64,000 nt of DNA, from NCBI GenBank assembly GCA_964016885.1, contig OZ024741.1, forward strand, positions 22,072,001 to 22,136,000. The letters run 5' to 3'. This document shows, in pieces, positions 1 to 12,811 of this stretch (the first letter of the stretch is position 1; each line of letters opens with the position of its first letter). The translations under genes and the position numbers were made by a program. Source of the DNA: Eledone cirrhosa (lineage: Eukaryota). The notes beneath the pieces are model-generated. The model had not been told where the DNA came from and ran no database searches. It saw only the letters and a list, made by a program, of their open reading frames with translations.

Positions 1-2968
1 AACGGGTAGAGCCCCTCGGTAGCACTGCCAGGCCAGGGACTTCTGGAAGTTGTCCATAGGTCCTGGGCTGAATGTCCTACCGAACAGGCTGGCCAGTTCG
101 TCCTCCTCCATGTCTAGGGCTTCTCCGAGGGCGTCGTCGCACCTGCTGCGTACCAGCCCTCTATAGAATGTTGCGGTGGAGTCTCCACTGATAACCGGAT
201 CCGCCTGCCAGAGGGCGGTGAGCGCCTGGGCACACTCAGTGTGCCAGGCGCCCAGTTTTCTCGGTCTTTGCTTGACCCAGGATTGCAGCTTGGTGAGTGA
301 GACGAGTCTGGGAAAGGTTCGTCTCACAAAGGAGGCCCACACCGGTTGACCGGTGAGGAATACGTAGAGGTGCCGTAGCCTTAATGCGTGTTTACGCATC
401 ATTAGCCACGGCATCCCCAGCCCTCCTTTCGAAGGGTGTTGACAGCAGATGGATCTCCTCACCATAGGAGCCCGCCTCTTCCAAAGGAATTGGAGGAGCG
501 CGCGCTCCATCTTGGTGAGGGTTTCCCTTGGGCAGGGCACTACGGTCAGGCGGTAGTAGATGACGGACGCTATATAGGTGTTCGCCACCTCCGCCCGACC
601 TTTCAGGGATAGTTTGCAACTGGCCCACTTCTGGGTCAGTGCAAACACCCTGTTCGTAACCTCCGCCCAGTTTTTCTCCACCTGGAGGTCCGGTCCGAAC
701 CAGACCCCGAGCAACTTCACCGGGCCCTCCGTCCAGCGTCCGACGACGCCATCGGAGGGCATCGGTCTACCCCTCCACGTGCCGAGTTGCAAACCGATCG
801 ACTTGTCCCGGTTCAGCTTAAGCCCCTGTGAACCTTTCGTACTCCTCCAGTAAGGTGCCGACCGCCTCGATTTCGGAGGCCGTCGACACCATTACTGTCA
901 CGTCATCGGCGTAGGCCGACACCGCTTTCCGCAATCCCGGTTCCAAAGGGATGCCCTGCAACAACTCCAACTTCCGCAGTAGTGGCTCGAGAGTCAACAC
1001 ATACAGAAGGGAGGAGAGAGGGCACCCTTGTCGGATGGACCGCGCGATTTTGAACGGCTCCGAGAGGTAGCCGTTCACCTTGACCCTAGAGCAGATGCGG
1101 CTGCTGTGCATAGCAGTGATCCAGCCCCTGAAAACGGGTCCGAAGCCTGCCGCCGCTAGCACCGCATCCAGGTAACCATGGTAGACCCTATCGAACGCCT
1201 TAGATTGATCCAAGTTGATCAGAGCCCCTCCAAAGCCGGGTTCGTTCCCAACCCTCTCTATGATGTATCGCATGAGGTGGAGGTTGTCATGGATGGACCT
1301 GGACGGGATAGCGCATGTCTGCGCATCTCCCACCAGGTTGCCCACGACAAGCGCCAACCTCTTTGCTAGCACCTTGGCCAAAATCTGTAACTCTGTATTT
1401 AGCAGAGTTATGGGCCTGAAGTTACTTATTTCGTCCCCCTTGTTCTCGTCCTTCCTCACTAGTGTGACTACGCCCTTGGTCACAGTACAGGGAATTCTCC
1501 CGTTCTGTTGCCAGTTGCAGTAGACCGCCTCGAGGATATCGAGGAACAAGTCCGGCATAGCTAGATATAATTCGTAAGGAAGACCATCGAAACCCGGGGA
1601 TTTGCGTTTGCCGCATTGGCCCAGCACGTCCTCTATCTCAGCGGCCGAAATCGGCTCCTCGCAGGACTTCGCCTCCCTGTCCGAGAGACGCGGCAGGCCG
1701 TCGAGGTATGGACCGAAATCCACATTCCCAACCGGCTCCCCGCCCCTCCCGAACAGTCGGGCAAAGTGCGTTTGAAAGGCCTCACACATCTGCTTAGGCT
1801 CAAGAATCGCCCGTCCATCCAAGTCTCGCAAAGACCGGATAGTGGATTTAGTTCCACTGTTGGCCTCTGTCACGCGGGCCCAGCTAACAGCTTTGGTCCC
1901 CTCGTTCCCTAGAGCACGTATTTTACTTCGGACAACGCAGCCTTCGTGCTTCGCGTCGAAAAACTGGCTCAAAGCCGTTCTCGACGCTAGCACTCTGGCC
2001 ACGTCGCCGCTTCTAATTGCCTCTTCTACTCTATCTATTAGCTCCCTTTCCTTCCTATTCCTATCCGCAGCTAGAACCTTACTAAATTCTATCGAGACTA
2101 CTCTAATCTCTCTCTTTAGAGATACCCACCACCTGCTGTTGACGATCGCTCCAGTCAATCGTTCCTTAACTAACGTACTAATCCGATCCCTGTAGGCTCT
2201 ACTTGCCGACAAGGACAAGTTGAGCTTCCAGTAACCGGGGCCCTGTCTATGCGTTCTATCAAGGTTGACCATGCAGGTCACCAACTTGTGGTCTGAATAG
2301 CCAACCATGAGCATTTCTGGACAACTTAAAAAGTCCCTGTCCTTATTTCTAACTAAAAATCTATCTAGGTACGACCTAGATGATCCGCTGCGATTTGACC
2401 AAGACCAGGTTGGCACCGTCGGAAAATCTAGTCGAAATCTATCGGCCAGGTCAAATCGGCCGAGTAACCCCTTGAGGCTGTTGCACCCCTCTCTATCGGG
2501 ACATGCCCCTGCATAGTCCCAACGTGCATCCAGGATACCATTCCAATCCCCCACTAAAAGCAGGGAACGGGACGTCCCTAGAAAAGACTCCAGACGCTGG
2601 AAAAAGTCGGGCCGCTCTGTCCCAAAAGGGGCATATGCGGCTACCAGCCTAAAGGCTCTACCTTCACCACTGCCAAGGTCCAGCACCACCAGTCGACCCC
2701 CTGAGTCCAAGTGAACTATCTGTGTTGCAAGGCCCATATGTTTTTGCAGCAGAACGACAACCCCACCTCCACCTCCGGGCTGACAGAGAGATGCGTGCAT
2801 CTCAAAGTCGTCAAAGGTGGGGGCTAGCTGTCGCATGCTGCTGATCCGGGCCTCGCAGATAACCATCACATTTATAGATTGTGACCTGAGGTCATTTAGA
2901 AGCATTGCTTGCTTCCAAGACGAGCCCAGGCCACGCGCATTTAGACACCCTACTCTTAGCACAGCCAT
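1..2968 (-). pseudogene. Tx1-like ORF2: APE endonuclease + reverse transcriptase, one +1 frameshift at ~820
   Basis: APE motifs LNARGL, LLLVGDWN, SYLDRF, SDHKLV. RT motifs KSPGFDGLP, NFRPITLLN, LDQSKAFDRV, IRQGCPLS, YADD. Removing one T at ~820 restores GAKLNRDKS...VKLLGVWF...KGGLGMP, open to position 1. Confidence 0.92.
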
Positions 2969-2992
2969 GTTGGTGGTATGGAGAATAGGCAC

Positions 2993-4370
2993 TTACCTCT
3001 CTGCGTCCCGGGAAACGGGCCGCTCAATTTCCATGCTGGTTGGGGATGGGTTGTTGGGTGGGGTGGTGGTTTGTGGTAGTGAAGGGGCATCGGTGTGTTG
3101 TGGGGTTGGGGTGTTTGTGGTTGAGTGGGTGTGTGGGTGTGTGTGTGGGGGGGGGGGGCATTTTTTAGGAGGACGCGGTTGATTGGTTTGGCGCAGGGGG
3201 GGGGGGGGGGGGGGGGGGCACGTCCTCCGTGAAATTTATTTTCAATGTTTTGTACAAGTTCATTGGGACTTTTATCATTTTTAAATGAGGTAGTCCCACA
3301 GCAGTTATAAAGTTTGGCCCTTCAGTTTGGAAGGGTTTGCTGAAATTGTTTTCCGTAATTCTTTGTTGTCTGTGTTCATGTATGTATATTGTAAGGTCTT
3401 TTTTTGTGTAGCAGTTAGTGTTGTGTGACAGGGAGGGGTGGTTTGTGTGTAGTTTGTGTTCTCTTGGGGGGGGGGGGGTTAAAGTTAACATGTGTGTCTG
3501 TGGTGCGTCTCCTCTTCTTTTACTTGTTGGAAGGGATCTTTTTCGTCTTGCGACGAAAGGGGTTCGTCTTCCTTGTTGGGTGGGAGGGGTATGTTTTCTG
3601 GTAGTGTTTGCGGTGTGTGTGTTTTTGTATTTGTTTTGGGTGGGGAGGGCTTGGGTGGGACAGTATTCTGTGTTATTTTTTCACGTGTTTGTTGTTGTTG
3701 TTGTTGTTGTGGTGGTGGTGGTGGTGGGGTTGTTGGTTTTTGTTGTTGTTGTTGTGGTTGTTTTTGTTGTTGTTGTTGGGGTGGTGTTGGTGTTGGTAGC
3801 AGTGTTTTTTTTCTGTGTGAGCTGGGGACAGGCAGCCCTCAGGTGACCTCTATTGCCACAGAGGTAACAGGAGGGACGCCTACCCTCCACAATAATGTTG
3901 AGGTGGGTACGGTCATCCAGCATGACGCGCTCAGGGATTTGGGCGATGCGTTCTGGCCTTATTTGGGTCAGAACTTCGATGCTCGTTCCACTGAACGCGT
4001 CGCCGGATGCCTTCCCTATTGAAACGAGGTTGTCCTCGTCTAAATTGAGGAAACCGGTTAGTAACCACCAGTAGTTTATGTTTGGGGTGATGGTGGTTAT
4101 CCATATCCTCTGGGTTTTTTTACCCATGTAGGTGGGGAAGAAGGTGTAGTGTGTGGAACGAATTGGCGACACAGAGTATTTTTTCGCCGCCAATTCGTCT
4201 TTCATCAATATGGATAAACTCCCATAGAGTTTATCCTTTTGTATAAAAGTGATGTCTCTCATCGCTTCTTTCAAGACTAACTGAATTTCAGCTTGAGATG
4301 GTTGCGCTGGTTTTTTTGTTTTATTTAAAATTGTTCGGAATACGACAGTTCGTAATTCCGTCTGTTTTTT
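2993..4370 (-). pseudogene. Tx1-like ORF1 (zinc-knuckle nucleic-acid-binding protein), frameshifted in low-complexity tracts
   Basis: CYLCGNRGHLRAAC (CX2CX4HX4C) and Thr/Pro-rich C-terminal half. TAA at 2993-2995 lies just upstream of the ORF2 ATG at 2968. Confidence 0.85.
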
Positions 4371-4434
4371 TAGATAGATAGATAGATAGAGAGAGATAGA
4401 GAATTATGAGAATTACAGATGCTTTAGAAAAGGC

Positions 4435-4480
4435 CAGTGGTTCTCAATCATTTTTTTACCCTATGGAATCCTTTAATTCC
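4435..4480 (+). mobile_element. hAT/Charlie-type terminal fragment
   Basis: Starts CAGTGGTTCTCAA, a typical Charlie-type terminus. Partner end not found. Confidence 0.4.
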
Positions 4481-4501
4481 TACTTTACTATGTTTAATAT
4501 A

Positions 4502-4586
4502 TACAGGATGTTCCCCCCCAAAATGTATACACATATTTATTAGAATGCTATTGAAGTGTGTATACATATTTTGGAGACATTCTGTA
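4502..4586. mobile_element. Tiny Tc1/mariner-type MITE
   Basis: TA-CAGGATGTTCCCCCCAAAATGTATACAC ... GTGTATACATATTTTGGAGACATTCTG-TA: imperfect ~30-bp TIRs with TA at both ends. Confidence 0.6.
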
Positions 4587-4674
4587 ATTATATATATATG
4601 TGTGTGTGTATATATGTGTGTGTGTGTATATATATATGTGTGTATCTATCTATCTATATGTGTGTGTGTGTATG

Positions 4675-4718
<44 letters not shown>

Positions 4719-4847
4719 CACATACGTGGACCTCACAAATTCGTTCGATTTTCTAATTGGATTTTCACCCCGAAACTGGATACCAGCCCGGAGTATACCT
4801 GAACTTCCAACAGGAATCTTTTCGTGTCATTAAAATTTTCTTTGCTT

Positions 4848-4908
<61 letters not shown>

Positions 4909-5088
4909 TTATGTTATTCAAGTAAAGGAACGATGGTTAAAGAATTAATCTACCGACTGTAGTTGTAAACACGTAAAAAATACTCCACGACTTGTCTTAA
5001 CGTATTAACAATAAGGTATTAAACGGAGTGTCAACATTATAAAGAAGAGAGATGAGTTTATGTGCACATCCTCTATTTATTATATAAT

Positions 5089-5159
5089 CCTGTTATACGT
5101 ATTTCAAAGACATCAAAGTGATTGTATAATAACCCTTTGGCGTGTTTTCATCAGACAGG
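5089..5159 (-). ncRNA. Minimal type I hammerhead ribozyme (inverted copy of 5538-5608)
   Basis: Exact reverse complement of the plus-strand motif. Confidence 0.8.
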
Positions 5160-5537
5160 TGTTAAGTTGTAATGTTTTTGTTTTTGATATGCTACTGTAG
5201 TTATGAATATGTGTGTGTGTATATATAAATATATATACATATATATATACACACATATATATGCATATGTATACACATACACACACACATATATATATAC
5301 ATATATGTATATATATGTATATATGTGTGTGTGTGTATACACAAACATATACATATACATATATATACATATATGTATATATATGTATATATATATGTGT
5401 GTGTGTGTGTATATATATATGCATATATATGTGTGTGTATATATATATGTATATATATGTATATATATTTATGTATACACACACACATATTCATAACTAC
5501 AATAGCATATCAAAAACAAAAACATTACAACTTAACA

Positions 5538-5608
5538 CCTGTCTGATGAAAACACGCCAAAGGGTTATTATACAATCACTTTGATGTCTTTGAAATACGT
5601 ATAACAGG
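5538..5608 (+). ncRNA. Minimal type I hammerhead ribozyme
   Basis: cctgt-CTGATGA-[imperfect ~42-nt stem II]-GAAA-tacgta-TA-acagg. 5-bp stem I, palindromic stem III. Confidence 0.8.
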
Positions 5609-5622
5609 ATTATATAATAAAT

Positions 5623-6030
5623 CATGGATGTTATCCAACCATTTTGCTCGAGGTCTACCCCTTGGTCTGATACCTGTTGGTTTTGCCCGTAAAATCTGTC
5701 CAGCGATTCTTTCCTGAGACATTCTAACCACATGCCCATAGTATCGGAGCTTTGATCTCTCAATTTGGAGATGTAGTGGCTCTGGCTACAGTGAGCCTCT
5801 GATCTCTGAACTACGCATTTTATCGAGTAACGTTACTCTAAAGACCCTTCGGAGGAACCCCATTTTGGCTGCTTGTATTTGCGATCGATTATTTCGGTCA
5901 TTACCCAAGATTCATGACCATAAGTAAAGGTTTTCACGAATACCGAATTGAAGATAGTGAGTTTAGCTTTTACATCTTCTGATTACCAAATGCTGAAGCT
6001 GGCGCACTACTGCACCAGCTCATACAGAAA
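5623..6030 (-). mobile_element. RTE-clade (Expander/Rex3-like) LINE 3' fragment
   Basis: Minus strand encodes decayed TYGHESWVMTE..RSQIQAAKMGFLRRV..ERSKLRYYGHVVRM. Same family as 17615-18130 and 52390-54065. Confidence 0.8.
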
Positions 6031-6094
6031 TGAGCATCTCCTTAGCAAAATCTATATAAGGGGTAGCTTATTTTGCCTCAGTAGCATATAAGTA

Positions 6095-6143
6095 AATGTC
6101 ACTGAAGATGGATAAAAATCCTGAAACACTGGTGTTTGGCGTT
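6095..6143 (+). ncRNA. Type I hammerhead ribozyme
   Basis: aatgtca-CTGAAGA-t-ggat-aaaa-atcc-t-GAAA-cac-tg-gtg-TT-tggcgtt. 7-bp stem I (2 GU), followed by a ~180-bp tail ending in (TG)n. Confidence 0.78.
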
Positions 6144-6323
6144 CTAATACAGTTACTGAGATGATCACAGCTGAAAAATGGTCTAGTGAGACTTAAGTAC
6201 GTTTATTGTATATAAACATAGTGTATAAGCTTTTCAATATTTCTCTATTATGAATCACACTATGTTAGTACTGCTGCCAATAGATTATTATTCTCCTATA
6301 CATTTAACAGAGGTGGAGATACT

Positions 6324-6377
<54 letters not shown>

Positions 6378-6409
6378 TGTATGTATGTATTGAGGGGACG
6401 GGCGGGTGC

Positions 6410-6669
6410 TTGAAGCATTGTTGAATAGGAAATATAAATTTAAATATTTTTGAAAACCATACAATGCATTAGAAAATTAAAAGTGCCAAGATAACAATAG
6501 GATCTTACCGTAGCAAATTTAATAATCCCACATATTTTCGGGTTTAAAAACCCATTGTCAAGGGAGTATCTTAAAGGATCGATTGGATATGATTTGTTAG
6601 GATCGGAGATGATTTCTGTGCGCGTGAATGTAAGTGTGCTTAGTGGGATGTGTGTATGTGTGTGTATGT

Positions 6670-6739
<70 letters not shown>

Positions 6740-7108
6740 ATAAATGTAAGTTTATTTAGTGAAAGGCGTGTGCGAATATGTATATAATAAAAAGGGAAAA
6801 ATGTGTATGTGAGTCTAAGTGTATCTAGTGAGGACATAGATTTAATGTGAAAGAAAGAATGAAACTGGCCGCTGGGATGTTGGAATACAGTCTTTTAAAT
6901 TAGACATTCTGGTGTACTTCTTTCCATTCGCTTATTGATCCTAGGTTTTAATTGCTTGATCAAGAGGACTTCCTTAATTCTCAGCGTGCCTATACTGCGT
7001 TCGTTAGTTAAGATTGTGGTTGTAATGTTGTTGTCCCGGTTTCCGCATTTGATGTTGTGTTTGCAGAAGGAAGAGAAGTTGGTGTAAACACGCTCTTTTA
7101 TTTTCATC
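6410..7108 (-). mobile_element. Penelope-like element 3' fragment (GIY-YIG C-terminus + UTR with HHR-like motif)
   Basis: ...SFCKHNIKC...TLRIKEVLLIKQLKPRIN resembles the end of the 20501-22630 ORF (EAVSIKELKPKLN). HHR-like motif lies downstream. Confidence 0.75.
6526..6565 (-). ncRNA. HHR-like motif, U3:A8 core, degenerate cleavage site
   Basis: Minus strand: tccc-TTGACAA-t-gggttt-tt-aaaccc-GAAA-atat-gt-ggga. Confidence 0.55.
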
Positions 7109-7745
7109 TTCCTCAGTGTGCTTTGAATGCAATCCCTGCATCTTAATTTTGGTTTTTGCACCAGTCGTTTACCTTCGACCAGCTCACCATACAGGAACTA
7201 CCTAGGGATGCGATCATCATCCATTCTCACTACATGACCACTCCATCTTAATCGATGTTGAAATATGTGAGACTCTATACTGGTAGACCGACTGCGTTCG
7301 AGGACTTCATAGTCACTCAAGTACATCTTCCAGTGGATGTCCTGTATATGTCGAAGACTGTTGGTGAAAGTGCTCCAACCTTTTCAGATGTCTTTGGTAA
7401 GTGACCCAAGTCCCAGGTGTATACAACAAAGATGACAAAACACAAGCATTATACATTTTTAACTTTGCCTCAATGGAAATACCATGCTGAGACCATAGAT
7501 GTCCATCTAGTTTTCCAAATGCATTACTTGCTTTCTTGTTTCGGAGAGAGATTTCTTCAATCAGAGTACTGGTGACATTCACAGTGCTACCTAGATATAC
7601 AAATTTATCCACGACTTTCATTCTCTGGCGTAGCTTAGTCTGGTGTAGGTTGATAGAGCACCAGTCTTTTTCAGATTGTTAGACCCAAAACACTGCATGT
7701 TTTCGGAAAAGAATCCATGAGACGTTGCATGTCACTCTCGGAATG
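7105..7745 (-). mobile_element. RTE-clade (BovB-like) LINE RT C-terminal fragment
   Basis: VDKFVYLGS..EEISLRNKKASNAFGKL..KLKMYNACVLSSLLY..RWSGHVVRMDDDRIPR..LYGEL. Confidence 0.85.
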
Positions 7746-7756
7746 AGCGATAAGAT

Positions 7757-9688
7757 CACATTACACATCTACTGGAACACATCAGAACTACTCATTTACT
7801 GGAACACACCAGAACTACACATCTACTGGAGCACACCAGAACTACACATCTACTGGAGCACACCAGAACTACACATCTACTGGAACACATCAGAACTACA
7901 CATCTACTGGAACACATCAGAACTACTCATTTACTGGAACACACCAGAACTACACATCTACTGGAGCACACCAGAACTACACATCTACTGGAGCACACCA
8001 GAACTACACATCTACTGGAACACATCAGAACTACTCATTTACTGGAACACACCAGAACTACACATCTACTGGAGCACACCAGAACTACACATCTACTGGA
8101 GCACACCAGAACTACACATCTACTGGAGCACACCAGAACTACACATCTACTGGAACACACCAGAACTACACATCTACTGGGACACACCAGAACTACACAT
8201 CTACTGGAGCACACCAGGACTACTCATTTACTGGAACACACCAGAACTACACATCTACTGGAGCACACCAGGACTACACATCTACTGGAACACACCAGAA
8301 CTACACATCTACTGGAGCACACCAGGACTACACATACTGGAACACACCAGAACTACACATCTACTGGAGCACACCAGAACTACACATCCACTGGAGCACA
8401 CCAGAACTACACATCTACTGGAGCACACCAGGACTACACATACTGGAACACACCAGAACTACACATCTACTGGAACACACCAGAACTACACATCTACTGG
8501 AGCACACCAGAACTACACATACGGGAGCACACCAGGACTACACATACTGGAACACACCAGGACTACACATCTACTGGAGCACACCAGAACTACACATCTA
8601 CTGGGACACACCAGGACTACACATACTGGAACACACCAGAACTACACATCTACTGGGACACACCAGAACTACACATCCACTGGAACACACTACCATTACA
8701 CATTCACTGGAACACACCAGAACTACACATCTACTGGAGCACACCAGAACTACACATCTACTGGAACACATCAGAACTACACATCTACTGGAGCACACCA
8801 GAACTACACATCTACTGGAGCACACCAGGACTACACATCTACTGGAACACACCAGAACTACACATCTACTGGGACACACCAGAACTACACATCTACTGGA
8901 GCACACAAGGACTACTCATTTACTGGAACACACCAGAACTACACATCTACTGGAGCACACCAAAACTACACATCTACTGGGACACACCAGAACTACACAT
9001 CTACTGGAGCACACCAGGACTACACATCTACTGGAACACACCAGAACTACACATCTACTGGGACACACCAGGACTACACATCTACTGGAGCACACCAGGA
9101 CTACACATCTACTGGAACACACCAGAACTACACATCTACTGGAGTACACCAGAACTACACATCTACTGGGACACACCAGGACTACACATCTACTGGAACA
9201 CACCAGAACTACACATCTACTGGAACACACCAGAACTACATATCTACTGGAACACACCAGAACTACACATCTACTGGAGCACACCAGGACTACACATCTA
9301 CTGGGACACACCAGAACTACACATCCACTGGAGCACACCAGAACTACACATCTACTGGAGTACACCAGAACTACACATCTACTGGAGTACACCAGAACTA
9401 CACATCTACTGGGACACACCAGAACTACACATCTACTGGAACACACCAGAACTACACATCTACTGGAGTACACCAGAACTACACATCTACTGGGACACAC
9501 CAGAACTACACATCTACTGGAACACACCAGAACTACACATCTACTGGAGCACACCAGGACTACACATCTACTGGGACACACCAGAACTACACATCTACTG
9601 GAACACACCAGGACTACACATCTACTGGGACACACCAGAACTACACATCCACTGGAACACACTACCATTACACATTCACTGGAACACA
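7757..9688. repeat. 27-bp minisatellite, ~70 copies
   Basis: Unit ctacacatctactggagcacaccagaa with occasional 25-bp variants. It explains the 888-aa ORF. Confidence 0.97.
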
Positions 9689-9823
9689 ATCAGTTGATTT
9701 CTTTCCTATCTTTGCAATACGTAACTTCATATTTAATGCCCATAATTTGCTGACACACACGCACGCACGCATATATATACACACATATATATATATATAT
9801 CTATATATATATATATATATATA

Positions 9824-10215
9824 TGAGCGTAATCCCAAAATTAAGGTCTCCTTCCGATATTGCAACTTTTCCGTTAAAATCCTGTGGATGGTGCTTCGGG
9901 AAACCCCAGGAACCAAAATGCAGAGAGTATCCAGAGTGTTCCGCCGATCTTTACACATGTTTTCCTCGGAAGGAGACCTTACTTTTGGGATTGCCCTCTA
10001 TATAATAACTGCGCAAAATTCGCACTTGGCGGTAGCGTTCAACGGGAGCTCCATTCTCAACGGCTGCCAAGCCAAGATTGAGCATCCCAGCGAAGCGCAC
10101 GCATGCTTGTTTGGGAGTGAAGGAAGCACCAATCACAACAGTGTTGCCAACAGCCGTACGAACAGTTTCTCTGCGTCCCCATCGCTTTGGAGACCTTACT
10201 TTTGGGATTACCCTC

Positions 10216-10216
<1 letters not shown>
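9824..10216. mobile_element. Mariner-type MITE in (TA)n
   Basis: TIR (C)GAGGGTAATCCCAAAAGTAAGGTCTCC at both ends, with a third TIR copy at ~9971-9999. Confidence 0.82.
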
Positions 10217-10283
<67 letters not shown>

Positions 10284-10289
10284 ATGTAT

Positions 10290-10982
10290 GTATCTTCTGG
10301 TTTTATAATTTCACAAATGTTTGCCAATAGAGAGTCGGTTTCTAATAAAGACACAAGACTCTCTCATTGGAATTTACACAACATCAACTAGGTAGATATG
10401 TATGTATGTCTGCATGCATGTGTGTGTAGATATGTATGTGTGGATGTGGATGTTTTGAGTTGTATATGTGCATGTGCACACGCTTTGTATCTGTACATGT
10501 GTATATGCAGTTATTAGATGTAAAATTTTGGAATGTTTTACATATTTTTACTGTTCCATTAATGGATTGTACTTGTAATTTCCTAACTAGTTGTGTTCTT
10601 TCTGTTTCTGCGAAGCCCAGCTTCTCAAGATTTGTATTGAGACAGTTACTAACATACCCCTGTGCCCCAATAATCACAGGCATAAATCTGAAGGTGTAAT
10701 CAGAGTGGAGTATCTGCAGATTTCTCATTAGTTCTGCATAGATATTCTCTTTTTCGCTAATCTCTGATATTATATTGGCATCTGCTGGGCAGCTAATTTC
10801 CACTACTGTGCATGCCTTCTTTTCCCTGTCCCATATCATAATATCTTGTCTGTTATGCCTGCATTTTATTGGGGTTTTGACTGGAACATTCCACCAGTAC
10901 TCTTTCATATGTATATGTATGTATTCCACATTGCTGTAGCTTTTAATGTGTTTATTATCGGGGATATCTTTTCTACGGATTG
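10290..10982 (-). mobile_element. R4/Dong-like LINE 3' end (restriction-like endonuclease domain)
   Basis: HNRQDIMIWD..VVEISCPAD.N...EKENIYAEL...PVIIGAQG is a decayed PD-(D/E)xK RLE motif. Confidence 0.82.
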
Positions 10983-11059
10983 CATTGTATGTATGTATGT
11001 ATGTATGTATGTATGTATGTATGTATGTATGTATGTATGTATGTATGTATGTATGTATG

Positions 11060-11670
11060 TCAGGTCACCAGTTGGTGCTACTGGTAACATGTATCCCAGT
11101 ACAACCTGTCTCATGGTCGTTGGCGACTAAACTGGCAACCCCACCAAGGTTTCTTGGTGCGGAGGGTGACTTTGGACATCCTGCAGGACTAAAAACAAAA
11201 CCTGTCAAAGGGCAAAGGAGCTCTTAAGAGTCAATGGCCATCCAAAATCACCGGGAGAGATTACCCCTTAGCCTTTGTTAAGGCAGAATTCTAGGAGAAG
11301 GAAAACTCTGATATAACACCTGCAACCATGATGGTATCCAATGATGTTGACTTGTCCTTCTTTTTGGTTTTGGTAAATATCATCTTGGTTAAGAGAGTGC
11401 GACTGGCTTTGTGCAGTGCCTTTGCTCACTATAAAAGCTTCACGGCACAGGCATTGCTTTATATCTGGAGATCTCTCTGTACTTGTCATCACATGGTACC
11501 ATGGGCCCAGCACTATGTGTTAATAATTGTCACAGGTGTAGTGTTTGTACCAGAGTTTTCAAGTCGCTGGCTGGACTAAAAAGTCACACTCGTTCAGCGC
11601 ATCGGTAGGGGTTCTCCAACATGGATATAAAGTAGTGGCCGTACTCGAAAACGAGTTGGCAGCCAGCATG
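11060..11670 (+). mobile_element. Non-autonomous RTE-derived bipartite element with (ATGT)n on both sides
   Basis: High identity to 54678-55260 (inverted). RTE-5'UTR-like motif CTAGGAGAAGGAAAACTCTGA and RTE-like 3' stem-loop CTCG-aaaa-CGAG..GGCAGCC. Confidence 0.7.
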
Positions 11671-12244
11671 TATGTATGTATGTATGTATGTATGTATGTA
11701 TGTATGTATGTATGTATGTATGTATGTATGTATGTATGTATGTATGTATGTATGTACTCGTAACTCCCGATGGAATCGTCAGGGCACTGTCGTGACATAC
11801 GGTGAGACTTGGACTATTTAAACACGACGGAGCCCATCCTTCTCTGGGTCTAAACAGAAGTTCTACCCATTCTTCAGGATATTTGGTGCACTGGTTCCAT
11901 CTGTTTTATTCCGGGGGCTCCTTCCACAGGAGGGATGCACTCGTTGAAATTTTACAGAGGAAAACATCAGTTCAGGGACCAAGGATACCTAAATGGCGAC
12001 AGATACGAAAAACTAATCAGTCGATCAAGCTCTGGTATTTGGATACCTTCCGCGTTTCTGTTAGACAGGCGGAAGTATCCAGATTTGTGGCTGGAGTGGA
12101 AAAACGTGGTGCAGCACGTGGCATCACATATCAAAGATTTAGCTCCCCACCCACAGAAAAACTAATTATCGGATATTTTAAAACAAAAGAAAAAGATTAC
12201 ATTAATGTTATATTTTCCCTTTTTTTGTCTCGTAACTCCTGAGT

Positions 12245-12552
12245 GAGTCGTAGGGGCGCCATATTGAAATTCAGCGTTTCTCAGGCATTTTAAAACCTGG
12301 TGGAGCCCATCTCTTTAAGTCAGAATACAGCAGATTTCTTCCAGAGAAGGATAAGAAGAATGGCAGAATGGAAGTGAGAAAAATGTAGAAGAAGAATCAA
12401 ACCCAGTACTAGACTAGTACTTTTTATCGATCCCGAAAGTATTAAAAGCATAGTTGATCTTGGCGAGATTTGAACTCAGAGAGTAGAAAACCAAAACGAA
12501 TACCACAAAGTATTCTATCCGACGTTCTAACGACTCTGCCAATTCGCCACCC
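12245..12552 (-). mobile_element. tRNA-derived SINE, long family B
   Basis: Minus strand has GGTGGCGAATTGGCAGAG, B box GAGTTCAAATC and the body CTTCTCTGGAAGAAATCTGCTG shared with other copies. Confidence 0.8.
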
Positions 12553-12721
12553 CTAACGTTATATTATAGGTTATTAAAATACCAACACCTTATTAACCTT
12601 TTAGAATTTACAATACACTATATTTACTATTGTATTTTTGTGGTAAAGGTTCTATTTTACATAATTATCTCACATAATATCGAATCTATGAGATTTTGAT
12701 ATTATTTATTTTGAGAAGAAT

Positions 12722-12811
12722 ACCTTAACATTGGTATGAGCAGCCGGTTTGAACAGGAAGAGGTGAAAGAATTCTGGCCGGATATGGCCGGTTTAAATGC
12801 TAAAGGGTTAA
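12722..12811. mobile_element. piggyBac-type MITE end
   Basis: Ends ...AAATGCTAAAGGG-TTAA (CCC terminus plus TTAA). Confidence 0.45.

Larger units (their letters stand above)
1..4371 (-). mobile_element. Tx1/L1-clade non-LTR retrotransposon; 5'-truncated within ORF1, 3' end beyond window start
   Basis: ORF1 with a CCHC knuckle is followed 24 nt later by an APE endonuclease-RT ORF2. GC-rich relative to flanks. 5' junction abuts a (GATA)n tract at 4372. Confidence 0.93.
5075..5622. repeat. Long inverted repeat (arms >=150 bp) of a Penelope pLTR-like module around a TA/TG microsatellite
   Basis: 5075-~5230 is the near-perfect reverse complement of ~5465-5622, and each arm contains an HHR. Confidence 0.92.

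Noticed and set aside
7725-10391. 888-aa ORF
   Set aside because: It is the translation of a 27-bp minisatellite running through microsatellite and a MITE, and the repeat peptide changes frame.
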